DNA from: an uncultured virus (IMG/VR IMGVR_UViG_3300033571_018919) | Lineage: Duplodnaviria; Heunggongvirae; Uroviricota; Caudoviricetes | Length of the DNA: 64,000 nucleotides | IMG/VR virus record: IMGVR_UViG_3300033571_018919 | Location: 1 to 64,000 of that record | Strand: one strand, 5' to 3' | In this document: positions 35,968-46,851 of the stretch, piece by piece | Layout of the letters: every line of letters starts with the position of its first letter | How positions within the stretch are numbered: position 1 is the first letter of the stretch | The notes under the pieces: generated by a model | The model's input: only the letters and a program-made list of their open reading frames with translations | Databases searched by the model: none | Told to the model about the DNA's origin: nothing | Translations under genes and position numbers: made by a program

Positions 35968-38900
35968 ATGGCAGATTATTTTCAAATTAAAAATCAAAGT
36001 ATCTTAAACCCGCCGGCTAATACTAATTTAGGTAATTCTACGAACCAGTTTAATACTGCCTATATCCAAAGTAACTTAGTCGTTTCTAATACTACGTTTA
36101 CGTCATCAACATTAGGTGCTCCTAAAATTACTACAATTACATACCCTGGCGACGATACTGCCGCAGATACAGCAGGTGGTCAAACAATTACATTAACTGG
36201 TAGTGGTTTTCTAAATGGAGCTAGTGTATTAATCAATGGGAGTGCGGTTGGTGTTGTTACAGTAGTTAATAATACAACAATAACCTTTACAAGCCCTGCT
36301 AACAATGCAGGTAGTTATGTTCTTTATGTGATTAATACAGATGGTAGCACAGCTATTGCTATACCAGGTATACAATATAGTGGCACACCAAATTGGACTA
36401 CAGCAGCAGGAACTTTAGGTACAGTCTATGAAACACAAAGTTTTAGTAATACAGTTGTTGCTACAGGTGATGCTCCGATAAGTTATAGTTTGTTTAGTGG
36501 CACGCTACCAACGGGTGCTACACTAAACAGTAACGGTACAATAACTGGAACAAGCAGTAGTACCGCAAATTCAACGACCTATACATTTACTATTCGTGCA
36601 ACCGATAACGAACAACAGGATACTAACAGACAATTTAGTTTAACAATTAATCCAGACGTGGTTACATGGAGTAACCCAGCTAATGCCTCAGTTATCAACT
36701 CATATGAATATGTTGCCATAAGCAATACAACATTAAGTGCAACAAACTTAGTTGGTGGCAACATCAGTTATACTGGTGCAAATTTACCAGCTGGTATTAC
36801 TGTTACTGGTAATTTATTAACCGGAACATCAAACACTGTTGCTAATACAACGGTTACTCTAACTGCTACTTCAAATACATCAACTAGAAGTGCTGATAGA
36901 ACAACTTTTATCAATGTACAACAGGATGTTGTAACATGGAACAGTCCTGCAAACAACAATACATATACATCCGATGTTAATAGTGCGATTAGTAACGTTA
37001 CACTAAATGCAACCAGCGCCGCTGGTTTTAGTGTTAGTTATAGTGCAAATACATTACCAACAGGCTTAACAATAACTGGTAACGTAATTGCTGGAACTCC
37101 AACTGTTGCAGCAAATTCTAGTTCACTAATTACTGCAACAGCGGCGACAACAAATAGAAGTGCTACAAGAACTTTTAACTGGGTAATACAAGTTGGCAAC
37201 GATCCGTATTTTAATTTAGTTACGTTATTGTTAAATGGCGAAACAAGTAGTAATTATTGGACACAAGATGCAAGTACAAATAAATTCGCAGTTACAGTAG
37301 TTGGTGATACAAGACCTATGGCATTTAGTCCATATGAAACTGTTTGGAGTAATTATTTTGATGGCACTGGGGATTATCTATCTTCGACTGCCACATCTGC
37401 GACTCAAATGGGTTCTTCAACATTTACAACGGAACTTTGGTATTACTGCAATTCGTTGGCAGCAGATCAGTGTCTTTATATTCAGCAAGATGCAGATGTA
37501 CAAAATAATAGCAGTTTGTCCTACGGATTCTTTGTTGCCCCAACTAGTGGTACATTAACGGTTCTTCTTGCTCAATCAAATAGTAGATATGACTTTGCCG
37601 TTACTAATGCAATAAAGACAGGAACTTGGTATCACATTGCCCTTGTCAGAAACGGAAATGTATTTACTTTGTATATTAACGGAGTAAGTGCTGGCACAAC
37701 TACGCAAGCAATTACCCTCAACTCAAACGCCCTAAATTACATCGGCACTTATATCAACGCTGGCGCAGGCCAGAACATGTCGGTTAATGGGTACATCAGC
37801 AATTTTAGAATTGTAAAAGGCACTGCACTTTACACATCAAACTTTACACCACCAACATCACCACTCACAGCGATAGCAAATACAAGTTTATTAACATGTC
37901 AAACAAACAGATTAATAGATAACAGTACAAATAATTTTACACTAACAAGAAACGGAGATGTAAGTGTACGTAATTTTGGTCCATTCACAGAAACAGATTT
38001 AACAACAGGTAGTGGTTATTTTGATGGTACCGGCGACTACATTTCTGCACCGTATTCAGCTAGCACAGCTAATTGGTACAGCTCTAATACTACTATAGAA
38101 ATGTGGGTTTATCCTTTTTCTATAACAGTTAGCGGTACTAATTCTGCACCCCTCCAAATTTCTCATGGTCAATTTAATTCTGATGTATTATATTGGAGTT
38201 TTGGTTATAACGCTTCAGGTCGTGTGGGGTTATATTATTTCAACGGTGGAACACAAAACGTTACTGCTACTTCTGGAACGGTTTTAGTAAATCAGTGGAA
38301 TCATCTTGCTATGACACATAACAATTCTTCGGGAGAAATCAGATTATATTTAAATGGAACTTTAGTAGGTACAGGTACTAAATCTGGAACTCCGCAGTCA
38401 AGTGCTTCTTTCCCAATAAACATAGGTGTTGCTCAATCAACTTATTACACTGGTTATATTTCTAATTTAAGAATAGTTAATGGTACATTAGTTTACACCG
38501 CTAACTTTACCCCACCTACTGCACCACTTACAGCAATTACAAATACAAGCCTATTAACATTACAAAATCGATTTGGTGAAAACAATAATCGTTTTGTCGA
38601 TACATCTGGCATCGGTAATTTTATTACCCGTAACGGTAACACAACGCAGGGTGCGTTATCGCCGTTTAGTCAGACAGGATGGAGTTACTATCAAGATGGT
38701 ACTTCAACATATCTATCATATGGTTCAAGTGCAGATTTTACTTTTGGTACAGGCGATTTTACAGTTGAAGCTTGGATTTTTGTAACAAGTATAGGAACCG
38801 GTTTTAGTATGTTTAATGTTGGTAGTGCAAATGCCGGAGCTTATAGTTTGTATGTTAACGGTTCTGGTAATATTGAAAGCACAAGATACGGTGATGGTGC

Positions 38901-41130
38901 CGGAGCAGGAAGAACGACATCAACAATAACTACAAATACTTGGGTTCACATTGCAGCTGTCCGTGCCAGCGGCACTGCTAGAGTTTATATAAATGGAACT
39001 TCAGACTCCGGTGCAACTTATAGTATGGGTAATATTACTGCCACAGTAGCAGAAACAGGTCGTATTTGGCAAACAGGATACACAGGAACAAGTTATATTT
39101 CTAATCTTAGAGTTTGTAAGGGTACAGCGGTGTATACGAATAACTTTACACCAGCTACATCACCTTTAACTATAACAAGTCAAAGTGCGTCAAATTGCGT
39201 ATTACTTACATTCCAAAATAATAGATTCGTTGATGCATCTAGTTCTCCAAAAACCTGCACACCAAGTGGAACACCATCTGTACAATCTTTCAGTCCATTC
39301 GTATCAGCAATCATAACACCAACAAGTTATAGTGGTTATTTTGATGGCAATGGAGATTATTTAAGTGGCCCACAAAACGCAGCATTTGCATTTGGGACAG
39401 GTAGCTTTACAGTTGAATTTTTTGTTTATACAATAAGTACAACAGCGCAAATGGTATTTGATACTTTGCAACCAAATACACCCGGTGGCGGATCAAATAG
39501 ATTTTATGTTTATATTAAGTCCGATCAGAAAATAGTTACTGGACCTGCCACACAAGAATTAACTAGCACAGGTACTATACAACTTGGTGCATGGACCCAC
39601 GTAGCTGTCGTTCGTAATGGAACATCAAGAATAATTTATATTAATGGTGTTGCAAATGGTTCTGATACCTTTAATAATAATTTAACTGAAAACTATTGCA
39701 CTATTGGTTTTGACGCAGCAACAAACGGCACCATTATTATTAATGGATATTTAAGTAACTTGCGGGTCGTGAAGGGTACAGCAGTTTATACTTCAGCATT
39801 TACCTCACCAACCTCACCATTAACTGCAATATCAGGTACAAGTTTATTAACATGTGAGTCAAATAGATTTATCGATAACAGTACAAACAATTTTACAATC
39901 ACAGTAAACGGAAATTCAATACCAAGACAATTTAATCCGTTTGGTAATACATCAACTACAGGAACTAATTCAGTTTATGGAATAACTACAGTAGGCGGTA
40001 GTGGATACTTTGACGGATCTAGTAATTACTTACTAGTACCAGACAATACGGCGTTAGAATCCTTTAATGATTTTACAATTGAATTTTGGGTATATTTTAC
40101 TTCTGTTTCAACAGCGCAGATTATAATAGATAAGGGCTGGAACAACGGAGGCGGTTATAGCCCTTATTTCATACTTCTATCTGGTGGGAATTTATTAGCA
40201 TATGCTTCTTCTTCAGGTACAGTTAACGACGTACTATCTGGTGCGTCTTTTGGAGCCATGGTGGCGGGTCAATGGTATCATATTGCTTTGACTAGATCGG
40301 GTTCTGCTATTAAATTATTTACCAATGGTGCTGTAATTACTTCTGCTACAAATTCATCTACACTTATGAGTAACAGTACTAATTTGGGAGTAGGATCCGT
40401 TCCATTAACAGGTGCTTTCTTACTTAATGGTTATCTATCAAATTTGAGAATAATCAAAGGCTCTGCTGTTTATACTTCAGCATTTGTGCCTCCGGTTGCA
40501 CCAGTCTCTGCAATCAGTAACACAGTTTTATTGTTGAACTTTACAAATAGTGGTATCGTTGATTATACAAGTAAAAATAATTTACAGACTGTAGGCAATA
40601 CGCAATTAAGTACAACACAAACTAAGTTTGGCAATGCGAGTATGAGTTTTGACGGTAGTGGGGATTACGTTGCTGCTCTATCAAATCAAACAGGTGTATT
40701 TGGAACAGGCAATTTTACTATTGAGGGGTGGTTTTATTGGAATTCACTTGCAAGTGAATCTGCTATTGTTTTTAACAATGATGGAGCCACTTTTCGTTTT
40801 TGGACTTTTTACATATTTCCAGCAAGCAAATTGCAGTGGGGCAAATGGGACGCAAACTTGATAACCGGCGCAACAACTTTAGTAACTGGACAGTGGTATC
40901 ATATCGCCGTGACACGGGCCAGCGGCACAGTTAGATTGTTTGTGAATGGCGTAGTTGATGGCTCCGCAACTGATACCACCAATTACAATTCAACTGGATT
41001 CGTGGAACTTGGTAAAAGTCATAGCGGTAATTTTTTCAATGGGTATGTGGATGATTTTCGCATCACCAGAGGTTTCGCACGTTATACTGCTAACTTTACG
41101 CCACCAACAACGGCGTTTTTAACTTATTAA
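35968..41130 (+). CDS. Adhesin-like protein: IPT/Ig-like domains followed by about six LamG/ConA-like domains
   Basis: Paralog of 30408-35489 with the same repeat framework. Confidence 0.85.
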   Translation: MADYFQIKNQSILNPPANTNLGNSTNQFNTAYIQSNLVVSNTTFTSSTLGAPKITTITYPGDDTAADTAGGQTITLTGSGFLNGASVLINGSAVGVVTVVNNTTITFTSPANNAGSYVLYVINTDGSTAIAIPGIQYSGTPNWTTAAGTLGTVYETQSFSNTVVATGDAPISYSLFSGTLPTGATLNSNGTITGTSSSTANSTTYTFTIRATDNEQQDTNRQFSLTINPDVVTWSNPANASVINSYEYVAISNTTLSATNLVGGNISYTGANLPAGITVTGNLLTGTSNTVANTTVTLTATSNTSTRSADRTTFINVQQDVVTWNSPANNNTYTSDVNSAISNVTLNATSAAGFSVSYSANTLPTGLTITGNVIAGTPTVAANSSSLITATAATTNRSATRTFNWVIQVGNDPYFNLVTLLLNGETSSNYWTQDASTNKFAVTVVGDTRPMAFSPYETVWSNYFDGTGDYLSSTATSATQMGSSTFTTELWYYCNSLAADQCLYIQQDADVQNNSSLSYGFFVAPTSGTLTVLLAQSNSRYDFAVTNAIKTGTWYHIALVRNGNVFTLYINGVSAGTTTQAITLNSNALNYIGTYINAGAGQNMSVNGYISNFRIVKGTALYTSNFTPPTSPLTAIANTSLLTCQTNRLIDNSTNNFTLTRNGDVSVRNFGPFTETDLTTGSGYFDGTGDYISAPYSASTANWYSSNTTIEMWVYPFSITVSGTNSAPLQISHGQFNSDVLYWSFGYNASGRVGLYYFNGGTQNVTATSGTVLVNQWNHLAMTHNNSSGEIRLYLNGTLVGTGTKSGTPQSSASFPINIGVAQSTYYTGYISNLRIVNGTLVYTANFTPPTAPLTAITNTSLLTLQNRFGENNNRFVDTSGIGNFITRNGNTTQGALSPFSQTGWSYYQDGTSTYLSYGSSADFTFGTGDFTVEAWIFVTSIGTGFSMFNVGSANAGAYSLYVNGSGNIESTRYGDGAGAGRTTSTITTNTWVHIAAVRASGTARVYINGTSDSGATYSMGNITATVAETGRIWQTGYTGTSYISNLRVCKGTAVYTNNFTPATSPLTITSQSASNCVLLTFQNNRFVDASSSPKTCTPSGTPSVQSFSPFVSAIITPTSYSGYFDGNGDYLSGPQNAAFAFGTGSFTVEFFVYTISTTAQMVFDTLQPNTPGGGSNRFYVYIKSDQKIVTGPATQELTSTGTIQLGAWTHVAVVRNGTSRIIYINGVANGSDTFNNNLTENYCTIGFDAATNGTIIINGYLSNLRVVKGTAVYTSAFTSPTSPLTAISGTSLLTCESNRFIDNSTNNFTITVNGNSIPRQFNPFGNTSTTGTNSVYGITTVGGSGYFDGSSNYLLVPDNTALESFNDFTIEFWVYFTSVSTAQIIIDKGWNNGGGYSPYFILLSGGNLLAYASSSGTVNDVLSGASFGAMVAGQWYHIALTRSGSAIKLFTNGAVITSATNSSTLMSNSTNLGVGSVPLTGAFLLNGYLSNLRIIKGSAVYTSAFVPPVAPVSAISNTVLLLNFTNSGIVDYTSKNNLQTVGNTQLSTTQTKFGNASMSFDGSGDYVAALSNQTGVFGTGNFTIEGWFYWNSLASESAIVFNNDGATFRFWTFYIFPASKLQWGKWDANLITGATTLVTGQWYHIAVTRASGTVRLFVNGVVDGSATDTTNYNSTGFVELGKSHSGNFFNGYVDDFRITRGFARYTANFTPPTTAFLTY
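36625..36659 (+). repeat. 35-bp exact repeat shared by two LamG paralogs (copy at 47419-47453)
   Basis: AACAGACAATTTAGTTTAACAATTAATCCAGACGT occurs at both positions. Confidence 0.85.
37924..37973 (+). repeat. 50-bp exact repeat shared by two LamG paralogs (copy at 48412-48461)
   Basis: AGTACAAATAATTTTACACTAACAAGAAACGGAGATGTAAGTGTACGTAA occurs at both positions. Confidence 0.85.
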
Positions 41131-41152
41131 TTTTACAAAGAAAGGAAACAAA

Positions 41153-41521
41153 ATGGCACATTTTGCAAAATTAGATGAAAATAATGTTGTATTAGAAGTT
41201 CACGTAGTTCATAACAATGAACTATTAGATGAAAACGGTCAAGAAAGTGAACAGAAAGGTATCGACTTTCTAACGTCTTGGTCAGGAGGATATACCATGT
41301 GGAAACAAACAAGCTATAATGGTACTTTTAGAAAAAACTACGCAGGCCAAGGATATACATATAATGCAGAACTCGATGCATTCATTCCACCTAAACCATT
41401 CAATAGTTGGATATTAAATGAAACAACTTGCATTTGGGAAAGTCCAGTGCCGTATCCAAATGATGATGGTAGATATGTTTGGGATGAAGAAACAACTAAT
41501 TGGGTAGAGGTACCAGCGTAA
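41153..41521 (+). CDS. Conserved small phage protein (possible adhesin adaptor/chaperone)
   Basis: MAHFAKLDENNVV..WKQTSYN..RKNYAG.GYTY...DAFIPPKPFNSW; AGGA Shine-Dalgarno; coupled to the next gene by TAATG. Confidence 0.75.
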   Translation: MAHFAKLDENNVVLEVHVVHNNELLDENGQESEQKGIDFLTSWSGGYTMWKQTSYNGTFRKNYAGQGYTYNAELDAFIPPKPFNSWILNETTCIWESPVPYPNDDGRYVWDEETTNWVEVPA

Positions 41522-42402
41522 TGCCATTAGATATAGGTCCTGGGATTACGATTGGCGGTGGTATTTCAATTACAACGCCTCCATCAGTCACAGCAGTTGA
41601 TTATCTAGTTGTTGCTGGTGGTGGCGGTGGCGCAGCAGATGATGGCGGCGGGGGCGGCGCCGGCGGATTTAGAACAGGAGATTCATTTTCTGTAACACCA
41701 GAAACAACCTACTCAATTACTGTGGGCGGAGGAGGATCCGGTGCACCAAGAGCAGATGCAGACAGCGCAACTAAAGGGTCAGATTCAATCTTTAGTACGA
41801 TAACTTCTACTGGAGGTGGCGCCGGACATAAAGCTGGCGCGGCACCTTCAAAATCAAACGGGGGTTCCGGCGGAGGCGGCGGATATGATTTAGGTATAGG
41901 TGGTTTAGGAAATACTCCCTCTACATCTCCTAGTCAAGGTAATAATGGTGGTAATAATAATTATACAGGCGCGGGCGGTGGCGGTGGCGCAGGCAGTGCT
42001 GGTACGAATGGTCAAGGACCGAATCCTAATACGGAAACTGCTGCTGGTAATGGTGGTGCAGGAGCAGCTTCTTCTATGTCAGGATCATCAGTAACATATG
42101 CTGGCGGAGGTGGAGGAGGTGGTAGATCATCTGCAGGCGGTACAGGTGGCACAGGAGGTGGAGGTAACGGTCAACGCAATGGACAAACCGGAAGTGCCGG
42201 TACAGCAAATACCGGAGGCGGTGGGGGTGGGTGCGGGGATGTCGGGACAGTCAGAAACTCATTCAGCGGCGGATCCGGAATAGTTATTATTCGTTACCCT
42301 GATTCATTTACGGCTGCAACAACTACAGGAAGCCCAACATACACTGTTACAGGTGGCTATAGAATTTACACATTTACCGGCAATGGGTCAATAACTTTCT
42401 AA
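41521..42402 (+). CDS. Glycine-rich (polyglycine-II type) adhesin-like protein
   Basis: YLVVAGGGGG ... GGSGIVIIRY ... GGYRIYTFTGNGSITF. Start revised to the ATG at 41521. Confidence 0.75.
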   Translation: MPLDIGPGITIGGGISITTPPSVTAVDYLVVAGGGGGAADDGGGGGAGGFRTGDSFSVTPETTYSITVGGGGSGAPRADADSATKGSDSIFSTITSTGGGAGHKAGAAPSKSNGGSGGGGGYDLGIGGLGNTPSTSPSQGNNGGNNNYTGAGGGGGAGSAGTNGQGPNPNTETAAGNGGAGAASSMSGSSVTYAGGGGGGGRSSAGGTGGTGGGGNGQRNGQTGSAGTANTGGGGGGCGDVGTVRNSFSGGSGIVIIRYPDSFTAATTTGSPTYTVTGGYRIYTFTGNGSITF

Positions 42403-42405
42403 TAG

Positions 42406-42412
42406 CTAAATA
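42406..42412 (+). promoter_or_regulatory. Late promoter (CTAAATA)
   Basis: TAAATA core in the intergenic gap before the ATG at 42434. Confidence 0.55.
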
Positions 42413-42433
42413 CTATAATTAGAATAAAAAATT

Positions 42434-45400
42434 ATGGCAATTACATTATTACAACCGTTTAATTTAGATACAGCAGGTAATTACACTTTCAATACCTTAA
42501 CGGCTAACATTAAAACGGATAATTTAATGTATGCTAATGGTAGTCCATACGTATTTTCAGGTAATCCTGCAGGTACTAATACACAAGTTCAATTTAACGA
42601 TGCTAATAGTTTTGGTGCTAGTGCAGCGTTTACGTTTAATAAATCATCAAACGTATTAACAATATCAGGTAATTTAACAAGTACTAATGCTAATTTAGGT
42701 AACTTAGTTACAGCTAACTTTGTTACAGGTACATTAACAACAGGTGCTCAACCTAATATTACAAGTACAGGTACACTATCAAGTTTAACTGTTACTGGAT
42801 TAGTTATTGCAACAGCAAATGGTGTTAAAACTGCAAATATCTATGATAGTACAGGTACACTTACTATAGAAACAAAATATGGTAATAGTGCAGGTGACGC
42901 TGGTGTTTACGGAAATCTAACAGTTGGTACAAGTGGTACTGGCAACATAACAGCATATAACGCTAATTTAGGTAACTTAGTTATTGGTAACTTCTTGCAA
43001 GGTACACTAACAACACAAGCACAACCAAACATAACAAGTGTTGGAACTTTAAGCAGTTTAAGTGTTACGGCTAATGTAAGTGCCGGTAATGTTTTAACAA
43101 ACAATTTATTATATGCAAATGGAGTTGCATGGAGTTTTGGAAGCACGTATTCAAACACAAATGTTGCTGCATATCTTCCAACTTATACAGGTAACATTGC
43201 AGCTAATTATTTTATAGGAAATGGTGCTACACTAACAAATTTAACAGGCGGTAACGTAACTGGTCAAGTAGCTAATGCACTAATAGCCGGTACTGTTTAT
43301 ACTAATGCACAACCTAATATTACTTCAGTTGGTACATTAGCAAGTCTAACTGTGAGTGGTAATGCTAACGTTTCTACAAATTTAAATGTTACAGGTAATG
43401 CATTGGTTAGTGGTAATTTAACTGTTCAAGGTAACACAAATTATATAAACGTTGATACACTGGTTGTTGAAGATCCAATTATTGAATTAGGTGGAGGCCC
43501 AAATGGTGCACCACTAACAACTAATGACGGCAAAGATAGAGGCACACTACTACATTATTATACAACTGCACCCGTTGATGCATTTATGGGTTGGGATAAT
43601 AGTAATGGCGAGTTTGCGTTTGGTAGCAATGTAAGCCTGAGTAGCGAAGTCGTTACATTTAATAGTTTTGGTAATGTACGTGCAAGTTATTTTATAGGAA
43701 ACGGTAGTCAATTAACTGGTGTCGTTGGTAGCGCAAACTATTCTACATTTGCTGGTACAGTATTAACCAATGCACAACCTAATATTACAAGTGTTGGTAC
43801 ACTTGCAAGCCTTACCGTAACCGGTAATTTAACCGCCGGTAATGCCAATTTAGGTAATTTAGTTATTGCTAATTTCTTCTCAGGTAACGGAAGTTTATTG
43901 ACTTCAATTACCGGTGGCAATGTAAGTGGTCAAGTAGGTAACGCATTAATAGCGGGAACAGTTTACACAAATGCGCAACCTAATATTACAAGCGTAGGAA
44001 CGTTAAGTAGTTTAACCGTTACAGCAAACATTAGTTCAGGTAATGCGAACTTAGGTAATTTAGTTACATCTAATTATTTTGTTGGTGATGGCTCATTATT
44101 AAGTTCTATCGCTGCTGGTAATATTACTGGTCAAGTTGCAAATGCGTTAATAGCTGGCACTGTTTATACTAACGCACAGCCTAACATTACTAGTGTTGGA
44201 ACATTAACTAGCACTACATTAGCAGCTAATAGTAATATTACAATGAGTGGTAGTTTATCTCAGATTAGCGGTGCTAATTTAATAGATGCAACTTATCTAA
44301 CCGGTACGTTAACAACAGCAGCACAGCCAAACGTTACAAGTTTAGGCACGTTAACTGGTTTAACTGTATCAGGCAATTTATCATTTACTGGTGCTAATGC
44401 ATACTTTTCAAATATTAGTAATGTTAAAATACCAGGTGGTTCAGCGAACTATGTAATCATTACTGATGGGTCTGGTAATTTAAGTTGGGCAGCACAAACC
44501 GGCGGTGGCGGAGGTGGCACACCTGGTGGCAGTAATACACAATTACAATTTAACGATGGTGGCAGTTTTGCCGGTACTGCAAACGTTACATATGATAAAA
44601 CAACAAATACATTAAGTGTCACAGGTAATGCAAGTTTTACTGGAGCTAATGTAAGTTTAGGTAATATAGCAAATCTTAAGATCACCGGTGGTTCTAATGG
44701 TTATTTCCTTAGCACAGATGGTGCAGGTAATTTAAGTTGGACACAAGAAAGTGTATCAGCACTTAATATAACTGTAGATGACTTTACCGGTAATGGCGTA
44801 CAGTCTAACTTTACATTAAGCACGACACCAGTCAGCGAAGATTTCACGATTGTTAGTTTGGCAGGTACATTCCAACCACGCACAACATATACGGTTTCAG
44901 GTAATGTAATATCGTTTAGCTCTGCGCCACCAAATAATGCTCCAATTGAAGTTACAACATTTGCTGGATATGCAGCTACACCAGCAGTTTATACAACAAG
45001 AACATATACAGGTAATGGATCACAAACTGTGTTTACTGTCACTAGTGGATCTAGTGTTGATAGTTTACTTGTAACAGAAAACGGTGTATTACAAGTACCA
45101 ACAACTGATTATACAGTAGCAGGTGCGTCACTCACATTTACTACAGCACCATCAAGTAATGTAGCAATTCAAGTACGTGAGTTACCAACAAGTTTAGGTG
45201 GTGCAGGTGGATTAACATGGAATATTGCAAACGCTAACGCAACGATGTCAGCAAGCAACGGGTACTTTGTTGATACATCAGCTGGTGCAAAAACGATGAC
45301 ATTGCCGGCTAGTGCAAGTTTAGGTGATACAATTAGAATTAATGATTTAGCAGGTACATTTGGTAGTAATGCATGTACTATAAACAGAAATGGACATAAC

Positions 45401-45505
45401 ATTCAAGGTGTTGCAGATGATTTAGTTGCAAATACGGCACAGGCTAGCTTTGGTTTAGTGTACAGTAATAGCACATATGGTTGGAAGATATTAGAGGTAG
45501 TATAA
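42434..45505 (+). CDS. Virion fibre protein with QPNITS repeats, two (F/Y)TGNG domains and a C-terminal adaptor domain
   Basis: Shares modules with 18305, 26252 and 28831; its C-terminus is shared with 35502. Confidence 0.8.
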   Translation: MAITLLQPFNLDTAGNYTFNTLTANIKTDNLMYANGSPYVFSGNPAGTNTQVQFNDANSFGASAAFTFNKSSNVLTISGNLTSTNANLGNLVTANFVTGTLTTGAQPNITSTGTLSSLTVTGLVIATANGVKTANIYDSTGTLTIETKYGNSAGDAGVYGNLTVGTSGTGNITAYNANLGNLVIGNFLQGTLTTQAQPNITSVGTLSSLSVTANVSAGNVLTNNLLYANGVAWSFGSTYSNTNVAAYLPTYTGNIAANYFIGNGATLTNLTGGNVTGQVANALIAGTVYTNAQPNITSVGTLASLTVSGNANVSTNLNVTGNALVSGNLTVQGNTNYINVDTLVVEDPIIELGGGPNGAPLTTNDGKDRGTLLHYYTTAPVDAFMGWDNSNGEFAFGSNVSLSSEVVTFNSFGNVRASYFIGNGSQLTGVVGSANYSTFAGTVLTNAQPNITSVGTLASLTVTGNLTAGNANLGNLVIANFFSGNGSLLTSITGGNVSGQVGNALIAGTVYTNAQPNITSVGTLSSLTVTANISSGNANLGNLVTSNYFVGDGSLLSSIAAGNITGQVANALIAGTVYTNAQPNITSVGTLTSTTLAANSNITMSGSLSQISGANLIDATYLTGTLTTAAQPNVTSLGTLTGLTVSGNLSFTGANAYFSNISNVKIPGGSANYVIITDGSGNLSWAAQTGGGGGGTPGGSNTQLQFNDGGSFAGTANVTYDKTTNTLSVTGNASFTGANVSLGNIANLKITGGSNGYFLSTDGAGNLSWTQESVSALNITVDDFTGNGVQSNFTLSTTPVSEDFTIVSLAGTFQPRTTYTVSGNVISFSSAPPNNAPIEVTTFAGYAATPAVYTTRTYTGNGSQTVFTVTSGSSVDSLLVTENGVLQVPTTDYTVAGASLTFTTAPSSNVAIQVRELPTSLGGAGGLTWNIANANATMSASNGYFVDTSAGAKTMTLPASASLGDTIRINDLAGTFGSNACTINRNGHNIQGVADDLVANTAQASFGLVYSNSTYGWKILEVV

Positions 45506-46836
45506 TGCCACAGAATTTAAAAAGTTTAGTTACACAATCATTATATCCTAAAATTACAACAGTCACTACCGAAAGTGCTACTGCTGTTATACCAGCCGGC
45601 GGCGAAACAGTTACAGTTACAGGTAGTGGTTTTTTAAGTGGTGCAGTTGTTTGGATAAACAATAGCAATGTATCTACCACATTTACTAGCTCAACAACGT
45701 TAACTTTTACTTCTCCTGCACAAAGTGCTGGATTTTATCAATTATTTGTATATAACACCGATGGGTCAGTTGCTACTAAACCAGGTGGATTAATTTATAA
45801 TGCAGCTCCTGTTTGGTCAACTGCAAGTGGAGCGTTACTTCCTCTTGTAACTAATGTTGCATATAGTACAACTTTAGTTGCTACAAGCGGAACAATAACA
45901 TATTCAATAACTTCAGGAAGTTTGCCTTCAGGAATTTCATTAAATTCTAGTACTGGAGTAATATCGGGCACCTCTTCAGTCACTACCGGTACTTTTAGTT
46001 TTACTGTTGCGGCGACTAATGAATACAATCAAGTTACAACAAGAAATTTTAGCATCACAGTATCAGCATTAATAGTAGAAACATTATTAGTAGCTGGTGG
46101 TGGAGCCGGCTCCGGTGGCGGCGGTGGAGCAGGTGGGTTATTATATTATGGATCTGAAACACCAAAAACACCTAACGGTAGTGCTTTAGGATTACAAACA
46201 GGTGTTACATACAGTATTACAGTGGGCGGTGGAGGCACAAGTTCAAGTAATGGATCTAATAGTGTAATGTCAGGTACAAACTTTACAACATTAACCGCAG
46301 TAGGTGGCGGAGCCGGCGGTGGCGGCTCAAATGGCGGGAACGGTGGATCAGGAGGTGGTGCTCCGAGAATTATTCCAACTGGCATAGGATTAGGCACGAC
46401 AGGGCAAGGTAATAACGGTGGAACAGGTGTTGATGCAAACAATGCTTCAGGTGGCGGTGGTGGAGCCGGCGCGGTTGGTGGTAATGCTGGCGGAGCCGGC
46501 GGTAATGGTGGTGCTGGATTAAATTATAGTATATCAGGATCCTCAGTAGGATACGCTGGTGGAGGAGGTGGTGGTGGTGCTAACGGCGGTGGTTCGGCCG
46601 CACAAGGGGGTGGCGCAGGTGCCAGTGGTGGCGCAGCCTCAGGCACTACAAACACAGGTGGAGGTGGTGGAGGTATTTACACTAATGGTCCGGGTGCCGG
46701 TGGTTCCGGAGTAGTAATATTACGATATTCTGACAGTCTAGCAGCAGCCACTAGTACAACAGGATCTCCAACATACACAGTGACAGGTGGCTACAGAATT
46801 TATAGGTTTACCGGCAACGGATCAATAACATTTTAA
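45505..46836 (+). CDS. IPT/Ig-like plus glycine-rich adhesin-like protein
   Basis: Start revised to the ATG at 45505 (TAATG overlap). GGETVTVTGSGF and YSITSGSLPSG motifs, a polyglycine domain and the GGYRIYRFTGNGSITF end. Confidence 0.75.
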   Translation: MPQNLKSLVTQSLYPKITTVTTESATAVIPAGGETVTVTGSGFLSGAVVWINNSNVSTTFTSSTTLTFTSPAQSAGFYQLFVYNTDGSVATKPGGLIYNAAPVWSTASGALLPLVTNVAYSTTLVATSGTITYSITSGSLPSGISLNSSTGVISGTSSVTTGTFSFTVAATNEYNQVTTRNFSITVSALIVETLLVAGGGAGSGGGGGAGGLLYYGSETPKTPNGSALGLQTGVTYSITVGGGGTSSSNGSNSVMSGTNFTTLTAVGGGAGGGGSNGGNGGSGGGAPRIIPTGIGLGTTGQGNNGGTGVDANNASGGGGGAGAVGGNAGGAGGNGGAGLNYSISGSSVGYAGGGGGGGANGGGSAAQGGGAGASGGAASGTTNTGGGGGGIYTNGPGAGGSGVVILRYSDSLAAATSTTGSPTYTVTGGYRIYRFTGNGSITF

Positions 46837-46851
46837 TTAAATTGTAATAAC